Of a stretch of 64,000 nucleotides of DNA, positions 24,859 to 36,794 are shown one piece after another. The notes beneath the pieces were generated by a model, which was not told the origin of the DNA, made no database searches, and saw nothing but the letters and a program-made list of their open reading frames with translations. Positions within the stretch are counted from its first letter, which is position 1; the number at the start of each line of letters is the position of its first letter. Source of the DNA: Octopus bimaculoides (Eukaryota); contig NC_068984.1 in the NCBI RefSeq assembly GCF_001194135.2, positions 57,739,357-57,803,356 of the forward strand, read 5' to 3'. Position numbers and translations under genes: made by a program.

Positions 24859-26081
24859 TAACATAAAAGTCTGAGTGACAGATTCTCATGTCATATTACA
24901 GTTAGATATTGTTCTTGCATATTTGTTCCAATAAGTTCTATGTGCGCAAGCATGGTCATGTGATTTTCCAGGTTCAGTTTGAATGTGAGACAAGCCAATG
25001 TTTTCTACCATAGCCTTAGATTGATCTAAGCCTTGTGAGTAGAACTGGGTAGATAGGTACTATATAGAAGTCCAATAGATCTACCTGCTCTGGGTTGATA
25101 GCCTAATCCAGACTGCAATCTAGTTCATAATCTGCAGATTGCAGGACTTTCTAAATTGCATGCCTAATGAAAAAAATTACCATGAATTCCTTTAGCAGTG
25201 TGGCCACCAGATGAGATAAATGCAGCCTCATATGACCAACTTCTCTGAAATAATTGCCTATGCCTAGTGTAATCTATCACTTGGTTCTTGGGTACTTTTG
25301 GCCAAATCCATCTACTGCAAGCATCATACCAAGACTCTTGTCTAAGTCTTGGGTTCTTCCTCTCTTTTCTCCATCAGACTGTGAGACCCTGCAAAAAAGG
25401 TGATAGGTACTTCTCTTTTTTTTTTTAAATAAAGCCATAAAAAATAAATACGTGTTAAGCATTCACATATTTTTCTTTCTAATTGTCATACTTTTTTTTC
25501 TAACATTTTTACATTTGTTTGCCTTTGCTAGCATGAGTTGAATAGTTCTGTAAATTTGACCATGTATGGGTTTATAGAGTCAGTACTTTTCCTGATGGAT
25601 GCTGATTCTAATAACACCAACCATTCATAAAGTAGAAATGATTTCTAATTTTAGTAAAATTTTCATAATTTTTAGAAAAGTACTTTCCTCAAGTACTTGC
25701 TTTCCTCTTCTTCCTTCTTCTTCTTCCTTTTCTTCTTCTTCCTCCTCTTCTTCCACTTCAAGTGGAAACAGCCAAAATATGTTTCACCACACTTCACAAG
25801 GAATCTCTATCATCACTTTTGATAGTTCCTCGGTATTTCATGCTCTTTTGTACCTGTTAATAATATCAATATAGTTGAGTGGTTTTCATTTTCTATTAGG
25901 TGCAGAAGTCTCTAAAACATAACATCTAATATGACATTCTGGATTATTGCAATAACCAGTAAAGCTACCTTACATTGAACAAAAATAGTTGAGATGGGGC
26001 AGAATAAGTCCATAATTCTCCTTGCAAATCCTGTGCTTATGCCAAAAGGTGTTTTGAGCTCTCATGAGATGCCAGATGCTC

Positions 26082-26279
26082 ATTCTAATTTTGGCACAAA
26101 GCCATCAATTTAGAGTGGGAATAGAAGTTGATTACATCAACTCCAGTGTTGAACTGGTATTTATTTTATCAATTCTGAAAGAATGAAAGGCAAAGTTGAC
26201 CTCAGCGGAATTCGAACTCAAAATGTAAAAGGTTGGAAGAAATGCTGCTAGGTAACAATTCTACCAGCTCACTGCCTTC
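26082..26279 (-). mobile_element. SINE family B
   Basis: Reverse complement of the family B head, B-box and core. Confidence 0.75.
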
Positions 26280-26461
26280 AGATGCCTGATATGTATATAA
26301 CATGAAGATAATTTTGAAGCTCTTTCTTCATGGTCCAGGATTCAGTTGTCTATAGCAATAATAATAGATTTAAAGTTTCATAATTTCAAGAACTAGATTT
26401 AGACTTAGAAAATTACTATTTGTAAATCTCACAATGAGATATTCAGCAACAGTACTTTGGA

Positions 26462-26732
26462 CTAAAGATTATTTGCCAACATAACATAACAGTCCTGGTT
26501 TAGGACAAATGTTGTTGTAATTTAGCCCCAGGAGACACTGTCTCCAGCTGGCTATACGACACGATTTGTATCCTTATATTTTCAAACAAGGGAATCTAGC
26601 ACCCCCACTTGAAAATATAAGGACACAGATCGTGTTATACAGCCAGCTGGAGACAATGTCTCCTGGGGCTAAATTACAGCAACATTCATCCTAAACCAGG
26701 ACTGCCATGTTATGTTGGCAAATAATCTTTAG
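26462..26732. mobile_element. Foldback MITE with arms of about 122 bp
   Basis: ctaaagattatttgccaacataacat...tattttcaa versus ttgaaaata...atgttatgttggcaaataatctttag, around a loop of about 23 nt. Confidence 0.8.
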
Positions 26733-27127
26733 ATTTAGACTTATTTACATTTTATGAAACGTAGCTAATATAAAATATACTTCTATTTTATCTCTATCCA
26801 ATAGCTCTTACAGTTCTTGCTTATAGATAATGTTTCATAGAAGGAAATCCAATGAAATTTGGCATCAGTTAATTAAATATTCAGATCTTTGAGTGGTTTT
26901 TCATTTCTTTTTCAATTTATTTCCCAATTCACACACTTATATAACAAAAATTGATTTGCTGCAAACAACAGAATTAATATAAACATATATGTATAATGAG
27001 AGAAAAATGTTAGAAAACAACTTCATATGCCAGGATACAAAATTTTATTGTATTCAAGAAAAGTAACTTATAATTGGTTGGTTGATACTTCAATTTAGAC
27101 AGTTAAATTATGTGTGCAATGCAAATG

Positions 27128-27161
<34 letters not shown>

Positions 27162-27182
27162 CATTCTTTATTTTTACATTTT

Positions 27183-27566
27183 TCTTTTTACTTGTTTCAG
27201 TCATTTGACTGCGGCCATGCTGGAGCACTGCCTTTAGTCAAACAAATCAACCCCAGGACTTATTCTTTGTAAGCCTAGTACTTATTCTATCGGTCTCTTT
27301 TGCCAAACCACTAGGTTACAGGGATATAAACAGACCAACATTGGTTGTCAAGCGATGGTGAGGGGACAAACACAGACACACAAATACATACATACATATA
27401 TATATGACGGGCTTCTTTCAGTTTCCGTCTACCAAATCCACTCACAAGGCTTTGGTCAGCCTGAGGCTATAGTAGAAGATACTTGCCCAAGGTGCCACGC
27501 AGTGGGAATGAACCCAGAACCATGTGGTTGGTAAGCAAGCTACTTACCACACAGCCACTCATGCGA
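27183..27566 (-). mobile_element. SINE family A (inside the duplicated block)
   Basis: Reverse complement of 3072-3470. Confidence 0.85.
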
Positions 27567-27785
27567 ATGCTTATTATTGATTATTATTTTTTTCCCCCAT
27601 TTTGTGTCCTGGAACTGATTCACATTCCATGTTTTTAACATTTTTCTTGAATATCTATTATTTGGTAGTTTACCAAGTTGATTCATGGCCCAAAATACGA
27701 GCATGCATTTATATTTACAGTTTATTGGTACCTATAGATTTCAGAGAGTTTTGTGGATTGTTCTTTCAGTGTGTATGTAGTTAAT

Positions 27786-28216
27786 CATCATCATCATCAT
27801 CGTCGTTTAACGTCCGCTTTCCATGCTAGCATGGGTTGGACGATTTGACTGAGGACTGGTGAAACCAGATGGCTACTCCAGGCTCCAATCTGATTTGGCA
27901 GAGTTTCTACAGCTGGATGCCCTTCCTAACGCCAACCACTCAGAGAGTGTAGTTGGTGCTTTTACGTGCCACCCGCACGAAGGCCAGTTAGGCGGTACTG
28001 GCAACGGCCACGCTCAAAATGGTGTATTTTATGTGCCACCCGCACAAGAGCCAGTCCAGGGGCACTGGCAACGATCTCGCTCGAAAGTCCTTACACATGC
28101 CGCGGGCACAAGTGCCAGAAAGGCGACGCTGGGCACATGTGCCATCACAATTTCGCTTTCGCTTGCCCCAATAAGTCTTCGCAAGCTGAGTTTCGTGTCC
28201 AATGAGGGAGACGACG
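27786..28216 (-). mobile_element. RTE 3'UTR fragment with (GAT)n tail
   Basis: catcatcatcatcatcgtcgtttaacgtccgctttccatgctagcatggg..., with internal tandem units containing gtgccacccgcac. TTAAT on both sides (27781-85, 28217-21). Absent from the paralogous site at about 2850. Confidence 0.85.
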
Positions 28217-28508
28217 TTAATAATGTTAAAAGTTGTGCATTCAACTATCAGAAGATTAATCTGTTAAAACTGATCACTCAGTCAAGGAATAATGATAAAA
28301 AGGAAAAAAATCAATAAAAGTCGATAGGGCTTGAGAGTTTCAGGTGAATATAGATGTTTTTTTAAACTAGAGAATCTCGCTACCAACCTGCAAGAATCTT
28401 CTGTACCAAGTAACCGGTCTCCAGCATCGACGCTCAACTTCACACACAACATGTGAGACCACAGCTCTGCTCTTCGGCAACAACTTCCTGAATACAGACA
28501 TTCAACTG

Positions 28509-28949
28509 TGTAACTCTTATACGAACTGGTATTTCTCTATCTTTGTGTTCAGGTCTCTTATAGTCTATGTTACAGACACTTATTCTATGCTTTGTATTCT
28601 ACATTCACATACAAACACATTATTGTACTCATACATATTGTACACATACTCTTGCTTATACTACGGTCCGTCATTCATAATGTTGTATACATACTCTTGT
28701 ACAAGAAGGCCTGTCTTATGTATGTGTTATTAGCCGCATGCACGCACAAACAGACACACAGTTGACTACCTCAATAAACTTACTCTTTATATATATCTAA
28801 CGGTTGTCTGTCATTCTCTCTTTCCTTTACTGGCACTTGCTCGCATCTCATGTTATATAACATGTTTTGTGTTCGACCGTGCGGCGCGTGAAAAGGAGCT
28901 TTCTTCCGTTCGTCGCCATCTTCTTTGGTTCGCACGATCGTTTATTACA
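28509..28949 (+). mobile_element. Solo LTR (441 bp) inserted just after the protease DTG
   Basis: TGTAA...TTACA termini, 4-bp TSD ACTG (28505-08, 28950-53), AATAAA at 28773. Confidence 0.8.
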
Positions 28950-29271
28950 ACTGACACCCGTATCCACCATAAAGGACTTTGAAGAATTTGGCATCTCTGA
29001 TAAAGAACGCTCGATGAGGGAGACAACTGATGAGCCCAGTGTCTACCTGCCTAGTTTGCCTGAGAAGAGTAGGAGCAGGGCTGTGCACATTTCTCGGTCT
29101 GGTCCTTGAACTTCCTGTGGTACCAGCAGACTGAGGGCGCAGGAAGTGCGCATGTGCTCGAGAAGGAGCAACGCCTGGTCCTTCCTGTCGAATGATGCCT
29201 TGAAGATGAACGGTTCCTACACATGCGTGAAACCTGGCGGGTCAGTTCTGCGTCGGCCCACAAGATTTCAG

Positions 29272-29446
29272 GGTACTACTAAAGCAGCATGGTCCCGAAC
29301 GCGCAGTCGCGCGTCCGCGCTAGCTAGTCGTGAGTGGTCGATCCTAACCACATTCATTTGCACACGCGGGTTAGGATCGACCACTCACGACTAGCTAGCG
29401 CGGACGCGCGACTGCGCGTTCGGGACCATGCTGATTTAGTAGTACC
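29272..29446. mobile_element. 175-bp hairpin MITE, 9-bp TSD (MULE- or Merlin-type signature)
   Basis: 78-bp arms with a single mismatch, a 19-nt loop, and TSD agatttcag at 29263-71 and 29447-55. Termini GGTAC...GTACC. Confidence 0.93.
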
Positions 29447-30631
29447 AGATTTCAGAGGATTGCATGTCAACCGGAGCAGAAGAAGTAGAATCTCGAGAGG
29501 AAGATGAAGAAGCAGAGGATGGTGAGCCAGAAAATTCCATAATCCTGTCTGCGGAGGCGGCGAATGTTCAAGGGCCGTGTGTTTCATCATAGGAGCTAAA
29601 ATCGACTGTACATTAGAAGGCATCTTCGAGAAAAATAGTTGTTTGACAAATGCCTGTCCTTCATATGAGCTATCGGACAACTCTTGGATTCGTCGTAAAA
29701 ACTGGGTGGGGGTTCGCTCCCCGAGATGCTTATCCTGCAAGAGTGTGCAAAATTTACTCTCAGCCGAGGGTGAGTTACGCCGCAGAACCTCGACTTTGAA
29801 AGTTTCGTAAGTCATATCCGGTGGGGTTCCTGTTATCATATCTCTCACTGAAAGTGCAAGCGGAGAAGGAATGCCAGTAAGAGTGATGTGGAGTTTGCTC
29901 TGTGCTGACTGAATTGTTAAAAGAAATGAAGAACGAATCCTGTTGTGAAAACCACATCTTAACATCTCCTTGATATTGAGGCAGAGGAAAATGACTCATC
30001 TTGGACGACAGTAGGAAAACGGAACGGCACGAAGAACAACTGGTTGAAGAAACACTGTTAGAAATAGCAGTCAAAACACACTAGATAAAAGAAGACGCGA
30101 CGAGCCACGAACTAGGAATTTGTTTTTTTTTTTAATAGCAGAGGATGAAAATAGAAGAAATCCTTGCTAGTTGATAGGGAACAAATTATGGCCAACGCGT
30201 AGATAATCCGGGTGGTTGAGAGAAAGAAACTCATACCTGACATGTAGGAAAATTTTCTGTCCATGTGAATTCTTGTGAAAATTCCAGATGATTTTTTTTT
30301 TCCTTTTTTCTTTTTTTTTTTATAAGCAAGAAGAAAATTCTCTGGAACGCTGTCTTCCAATGACCAAGATGTATTTTCGGTTACAACCCGAGGAAAATGA
30401 TTTGCAGTTTCCCCGCTTGAAAATGACACCAAAATTTTTCCTGGTGAAGAAGACCATATGATGACGAGAGACATCAGTGGTAGCATATTCCTATGCGAGG
30501 AGTGGTGGTCTGGTTGCGTCACGAAAGAGAAAAGGGAATACGTCTTCACTGGTCTGTATTCGCTCAGTGGTCACCATTTCAGATGAATATGTTCATCTCC
30601 CACATTGGGTTGTCATTTTAGAAGTCTGTGT

Positions 30632-30649
30632 TCACGTCGGAGGTCACCA
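30632..30649 (-). other. Primer-binding site, tRNA-Trp type
   Basis: Minus strand TGGTGACCTCCGACGTGA versus the complement of the tRNA-Trp 3' end, TGGTGACCCCGACGTGA (one extra base). Confidence 0.8.
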
Positions 30650-30650
30650 T

Positions 30651-31026
30651 TTTAGATGATGCAGGTCGTTATGAGCCACCTAATATGACTTTCAGAAGGC
30701 TGTAATTTCGCTGGTGGTAAACCCGGATGAAAAACATACAAGCGAGGTTGCAACTTAAACACGTTTATTGTGGCCACGCGTATATTACACAATGGGATGA
30801 TAAATAGAATGGCTGGTGTGTAAAGGCCATGGTCTTCTGTGCTATGCTCCTATCTTGTAGCTGGTGGGTGTTGAGAGAGGCTAGATCACATCTTTACAGT
30901 TCGAGGTCCCAGTACAGAAAGTGGAAGAGATAAGGTCATGTGGCTGAACCTTAATGTTTTGTAACGCCTTCTATCTCTGTATAGCCAGCTTGTTTACCCG
31001 CTGTCAGGGGGAGTAATGCGCCTACA
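30651..31026 (-). repeat. 5' LTR of the Trp-primed Gypsy
   Basis: On the minus strand it begins TGTAG (31026) and ends CTA(A)A next to the PBS. A minus-strand AATAAA lies at about 30765. Confidence 0.65.
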
Positions 31027-32895
31027 CCTTCATGTCGCTAATTTGACCGAAAATGCTATTCAAGAGCTCTGCCGTATTTTCTTGATGTATTTTTGGCCGT
31101 TTCTCTTGATGTAAAGCCTTCAGATTATTACCTATTTTAGTTGCTCTCCAACAATCTGCGACACGTTTGTTCAACGACTACGTGGTTCGATTAATTCTTC
31201 AAGTCAAAACCTGATGATTTTTACTGTCAAAGCATTGCAAGCTTGTGTAACGTTGGCAAGAAGTCATGAACAATGAAAGAGAATATATTAGAATAAATTA
31301 TTGACTGATCTGTTAAAGTTGTTGATGAAAAATAAAGATTTTTAGTGAGACCTAGATTTGAAACCGTATAGGTTTAGCAGCTAAAGATTAGGCAGCTTCC
31401 ATGAATATGAGCCAATCATCTTGTTGCAATATCAACCCATATTATTGAAAGTATCAGATGTTTCTGCCAAAATAGAGGTTATAAATGCGAAAACATAGTC
31501 AAACACACTAGAGGTGCCCATAGGAAACACAGATAAACAAGTCCGAAAGAAGACTGGTTTCTTGGCTGCTACTCGACCCCAAATTTTAAAAAAACCGTCG
31601 ACTATGAAGAACAGAGTTTTACATTGGTTAAAGCCACACTTGGTTTTACTATAAAAAAAACATGTACATCATTGTATAATATATTTTGCGTGTTCATTTG
31701 TAGAAGTAACAAAAGAAACCATCTATATTCCTTCGTAAAGTGGTACACGGAATCAAAGCAAGAAACATTACAAATTCTGTTGGTTGTTGTTCACCATCAT
31801 TTGATAATTCAGCTTGGGTCGTCGTTGGTTATATATTAATTTTCCTCTGGAAACAGCAGGATGTGCATAGCTCGTCTTGATGAAAAAAAAACTCTCACCT
31901 CTCTGATTCGTGAATAATCTGTCAAACCAATTTATGGAAAAGGAGGCTCCAGACCACATACAGGATTTGTTATTTGAAATATATTACGCGCAACGTGATT
32001 GGACCTTCGATCCAATTCCTGCGTAAAATTCAACCAATCACATCACGAGCTAAAGGCAAATAACAAAATGTATTATAACCGAACTAAACGAAATCGGGTT
32101 TAATGAGGGAGGTACCTTGTGAAAAATCACCTGACAAAGCACATCTGCACTGAATAATGCACCCCAACTAGCTGTACAACATTTTGCCCACGAGGAGCCG
32201 ATGCACAATGGATTGAAACGATCGTAGTGGTTAACAAAGAATCCATGTAAATTCTATTTTCTCATGTTATATACATTGTGTGTGTATAATATACTAAGTC
32301 TCTTTCTTATGTATACTTCTTTTGTAAATAACACTTTAACGTCTGAAGCTATTCCAATTTATATGATTTACTTTCTAAATCATTCGACACGACCTGGAGT
32401 CGTTGTGTTTATTTTTTTTGTATTTGTTTCATACTGAAACAGTTTGATGTTTTCTAAATTAACCAACAATGTTTCTTTCTTACTTCAACAATGTCTATTT
32501 AGTTGTTCTGTTTGTCTTTTATATTTGAAAGTTCATTCTGTTTTCGTAATGCTTAACTAATGTTTCAATATTCATAAATCTTGACGATGTGCCGTGCATC
32601 GCAATAATTATGAGATTTTTTTTTCACCATTATTGTAGCCCGAACAGTCCTTTTGCAGTAAGTTGCTATCATACTCAAGCTTGATCTGATTGTTTTCTCG
32701 CCAACACCAATAAAAATCTTTCTCTCTAAATTTTCAAACAGGGTTTGAAAATAAACAGAACAGCGTTGTTCTGTTTATTTATTTTTTTTTTTTTTTTGTA
32801 TCCAGAAGTTCATTCTGCGATCTTTTGATGTGTCACAATGTTCATAAATTCAGATGATCTGTCTGGCATCGCAACAGTCATAAGCAATTTTGGTG

Positions 32896-32950
32896 CTACT
32901 GAAACTGCGGTAAGCACCCTAAAGGGTGCTGTCTACCGCAGTTTCAGTAG
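32896..32950. repeat. 55-nt near-perfect hairpin
   Basis: ctactgaaactgcggta-agcaccct-aa-agggtgct-gtc-taccgcagtttcagtag: perfect 17-bp and 8-bp stems with a 3-nt bulge. Confidence 0.85.
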
Positions 32951-33734
32951 TCTGTGCTGTGAAATTGTCTGATTTGGGTTAACGTTAGGGTTAGGAACAC
33001 TTTGAAATTATATATTGAAAATTCAGACGGCTAATATGTGTTAGTGCCTCTTCATGTCTACACAAGAAATGTGGTTCTTCATGAACTTCTGCAGTGAATC
33101 ATACCCGTATAGTATTTTGGGAGTGATAAATATAATTTTCTCATTTTCCTGTTATTTTGACATTTTTATTTACTTTCTCGTCCTCTAATTATCAACTTTC
33201 CTCGGGTAACTTTTTCAATAATAATTCCGTCTTTATTGACGGCTGGGGTATTCTAATATGTGTGTGCGTGTGTGTGTAAAAACTAACACTCCCTTTTTCC
33301 GAGCTGAGATTCGAAACCGAATCTAAGGATTCTCGCTTGTCTGATCCACCACTAATCAAACAGGCGTGAAAGAAATTTCTTTGTCCTGTCAAATTATGAT
33401 GGATTGTTTCCCTTCGACCTCAGCCGTGTCATTTAAGGTTCAAGTGGACAGGAGGTGACTACTTAGGTAGGAATTTCTTTTGTGGTATGTCTGTCCTTCT
33501 AGCTTTCACGACTTTTATAAATACAGTAATCCGTCAAGGGACAGTCAGTCAGAGAATCTTGTCAGAGACAGACGGTCAGTGAGAGAAGTAGTCAAGTCAG
33601 GGACGGAGAGAGAGAGAGACGCGCCACGAGATAGCCAGCCAGTAATTTCTCAGATATTCAACATGAACGACAGTCGCTATCGCAGAACATAAACAGACAC
33701 CACTGGATGACCAACGCACACACAGACACAAACC

Positions 33735-33763
33735 ATGTCCGGTTCTACCCTATCGTATCCGCA
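33735..33763 (+). CDS. Candidate first coding exon of an unidentified gene (MSGSTLSYP...)
   Basis: aaccATG context, donor CA|GTATGT at 33764, and a CpG-retaining, GA-rich leader with repeated TCAGT initiator-like motifs at about 33540-33600. Confidence 0.35.
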
Positions 33764-34713
33764 GTATGTACCCTGTTACTTTCTTCGCCAGCTCGAAGCA
33801 GTTGGTAATGATGTGATGTAGTGAAATATTTTTGTATATACAAGTAAATGCAAGTGTCGTTTAAATAAATTATTTAAACTACAAACCGATGTTTTTCCAT
33901 TATTTTACTTTGAAGTCGTCCACATGCCTATTTCATCTGCTATCTCAACATCTTGTGCTACACCATTTCCACTACATATATATTACCAGTAATACACACA
34001 CGCACGCACATACATACATACATACAATCCGAAATGTGCAGTATCATATATCCATCACGGCTGATCGTACCAATCGGTTTCGCGTTAGGAATACAACGGA
34101 GTGTTAGGTAACAATCCGATTATATAACATTATGTTCATCAGAGTTCGCCAATATGAAAGGGAATATGGCGACTGCTACTAGTAATATATATATATATAT
34201 ATATATCATCTTCCATGTTACATCAAGCGAAATATCCCGTAACATGAAATTGACTTTTCTATTGATTTTCACATTGTAAAGTGGTGATGCCAACAAAACT
34301 AAACAAAACGATCGCTTACATGTATAAAAATAACTTCTAAACAATATATTTATACACAATAACATTTGAGGACAAATACGCCTAGCAATAATTTTTTTAA
34401 AAATCATAATATTGTAATAGGATATGTTCTTAACACAGACGTTGAGTACTATGTGAAGGATGGTGATAGTGGAATGAGAGTTATTGACAGGGTGAATGTC
34501 ACTGCTTCTATCATATAGTACATCAACATCTACTCGAGGGTCGATGAACATCTGAAATTGTTCGATATTTATGGTACATTATCTCGTTGTACAGCTCAGG
34601 GTAAGAACTAAGCTCATTTTAAATTCGTTTGTAATTTTTGTATTGCGTTCACGATTAGGGTCCTTATCAGTAAAAAACATTCTCTGTATCATCACTTTAG
34701 CAGTATTCATTAC

Positions 34714-34900
34714 GCGCGGGCGAAATGCTTAACGGTATTTCGTCTGACTTTACGCTCTGAGTTCAAATTCCGCCGAGATCAACTTTACCTATCACCTTTT
34801 CGGGGTCGATAAATAAAGTACCAGTTGCGTACTAGGGTCGATCTAATCGACTGGCCCCCTCCCCCAAAATTTCGGGCATTGTGCCTAGAGTAGAAAAGAA
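34714..34900 (+). mobile_element. 5'-truncated SINE family B with a 10-bp TSD
   Basis: TSD tattcattac at 34704-13 and 34901-10. CpGs are intact, so the copy is probably young. Confidence 0.85.
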
Positions 34901-35124
34901 TATTCATTACTCTCAATTTAAGTGGAGTTTGAATTTTTTTGTTCTTATTCTAACATTAATTCCTCCTTTGATATACTTTCTCTATGAGACACTAGATACT
35001 CAGTCACATTTTCCTCTAAGGTTTCTTTAAACCCTACAATATCTACGAACGTATCAGTATCCTTCGATCCTTACACCCAAGAGTCGTCCCATTTTAAGCA
35101 CCATACTGGTTAGATCTATGAAGC

Positions 35125-35370
35125 CAGTGGTTCTAAACTATTTTTTTGTCCATGGATCCATTTCATTCCTACTTTACATTTCTAGCCATTCGATATATAT
35201 AAAAAAAAAAGCCCTACTGTATTTTTATAATGAAATATTATTAGGAATGTATAAAAGTTAAAATATTTCGTGTATTCTAGAAGTATAAGCAATTTATTGC
35301 ACATAAAATTTAACCAGAAAATCTTACATGGACCCCCAAGGGCCATATGGGTCCCAGTTGAAAACTAGTG
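35125..35370. mobile_element. hAT (Charlie-like) MITE
   Basis: Termini cagtggttctaaac...gttgaaaactagtg. The right flank ctctaaac fits the Charlie target; the left TSD has decayed. Confidence 0.6.
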
Positions 35371-36794
35371 CTCTAAACACTCAATGGAGTAACTGCTTGA
35401 GTACAGAACTTAATTTTCATTAACGAACAAAATTAATTTCCATTTTGACCAGTATAACGTAAAATTTGACAAAATCACGCGATGTTTTCTAATTTAAGCT
35501 TTAATTTTGGCAAAAGCTTAGGAAAATGTTACCAGCTTAAACAGCATTATTAGAAATGCATCTTTAAACTCAAGTTATTGTACGTATTGTATGGTTAACA
35601 ACTTTACAATATGAATGATGCAATTGGTGTAATAAATTCTTTGTCAGTGTAGCGCTAAAATAGTCAGAAAAGTCTAAAACTCAGAAACAACAGAACTCGT
35701 AATTATTATGGTGGGGGAGCATTCACTTTTGTTGATGGGGTTTTGACTTCATTATGTTCGCCCAAAAATCACTATTGTTGATGATAATTCTTGTCAAGAA
35801 AAGCAATGAGTTAAATACAAAATTCATCGTATTGACCAAAATGGTTTGATCTAGAGATAAAGACTAAAAAGCAATTCGAGAAGTCGGAAACGAATATTTC
35901 ACTACTGGTCTTCCGTACAAGAAATATTGATCAATGCTATTTATACTCATAATACCGGAATGGTTTACTCTTTGGTAAGACAATTCTAAATTATTTACTT
36001 AATGATTATAATTGTATTCTAATACTGATTTGAGCTGGGGGGGGGGATCTATATATTCTTCGCTAATATAAGACACTTGAACGACAATAATGAAAGCTTT
36101 TAATACCATCGCAAGGCTATTCTATTCTCTCCCAGACTGAAATCAGTGGTTAATTCTCCTAATTATGATGAATGATGACAGAGAAATCTAATTCAATTGT
36201 AGTTTTTACCTCTGAATATGTAACAATTGATAGATAGGGAAACACCTTTTTCGCTATCTTCCCTTAAAAGATATTAAATATTTATCTGCGTCTATATTCT
36301 TAATAATGACCAGATGTGTCCCAGTTCTTGCCTTATATACAGCACTTTAGATATTTCATATGCCGACCTCGTGGGCATTATATATATTCACCACAAAAGT
36401 TAAATAATATCTTTTAAAAAATTAAATAAAACAAAACTGCGTGTAAAAATGAATATTATTATGTTCGCTTAAATAAACTTGTTGGTTTATCTTATTGTCT
36501 TTCAAACTATGTAAGGAAAAACAATTAAAGCATCAATATCTAACTAGTACCATCAAAAGCTTCCTCCTTTGCAAAAACTTTCACTTTTGTCGAAACTGGA
36601 GGAATAACTGGTGTTTGTTGACAGCTGGCTATTGTCAACAATAATCAACAATATTACAAGTATACTTGCTCTCTGCAAGCGTTACTACTTTAATAATCAG
36701 AAAAGTATTTTTAAATGGGATATTTGTACAACATTGAGAGTTTTAAAATATCAATACCTGTCAAAATCTACCTAAATTTGATAATTACCGTATT

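Larger units (their letters stand above)
27183..28374 (-). repeat. Inverted duplicate of 2694-3468, interrupted by an RTE tail
   Basis: The unique flank of about 380 bp aligns base by base with few substitutions. Both SINE copies share the B-box variant ggttcattccc (the 57.7-kb copy has ggttcagtccc). Confidence 0.9.
28376..31026 (-). mobile_element. Gypsy LTR retrotransposon (CsRn1-like, tRNA-Trp primed), 3'-truncated
   Basis: 5' LTR, PBS, frameshifted gag from ATG 29999 (LPQYQGDVKMWF...YETFKVEVLRR...LGERTPTQFLRRIQEL...LFFSKMPSNVQSIL), gag C-terminal CWYHRKF..C..PC, and protease FMVDTG at about 28956-28973. No RT or IN. The left boundary is tentative. Confidence 0.85.

Noticed and set aside
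25599-25874. Ser-rich ORF and Glu/Lys-rich antisense
   Set aside because: Low-complexity (CTT)n tract.
29146-29460. ORFs sharing the peptide GTTK.AWSRTRSRASALASREWSILT on opposite strands
   Set aside because: Artefact of the near-perfect palindrome.
31965-32069. Weak inverted repeat with paired CCAAT boxes
   Set aside because: Short, degenerate arms; cannot distinguish MITE debris from a promoter.
34120-34551. 143-aa hydrophobic minus-strand ORF resembling a membrane protein
   Set aside because: Hydrophobicity comes from AT-rich codons and a (TA)n run (IYIYIY); no family motif.
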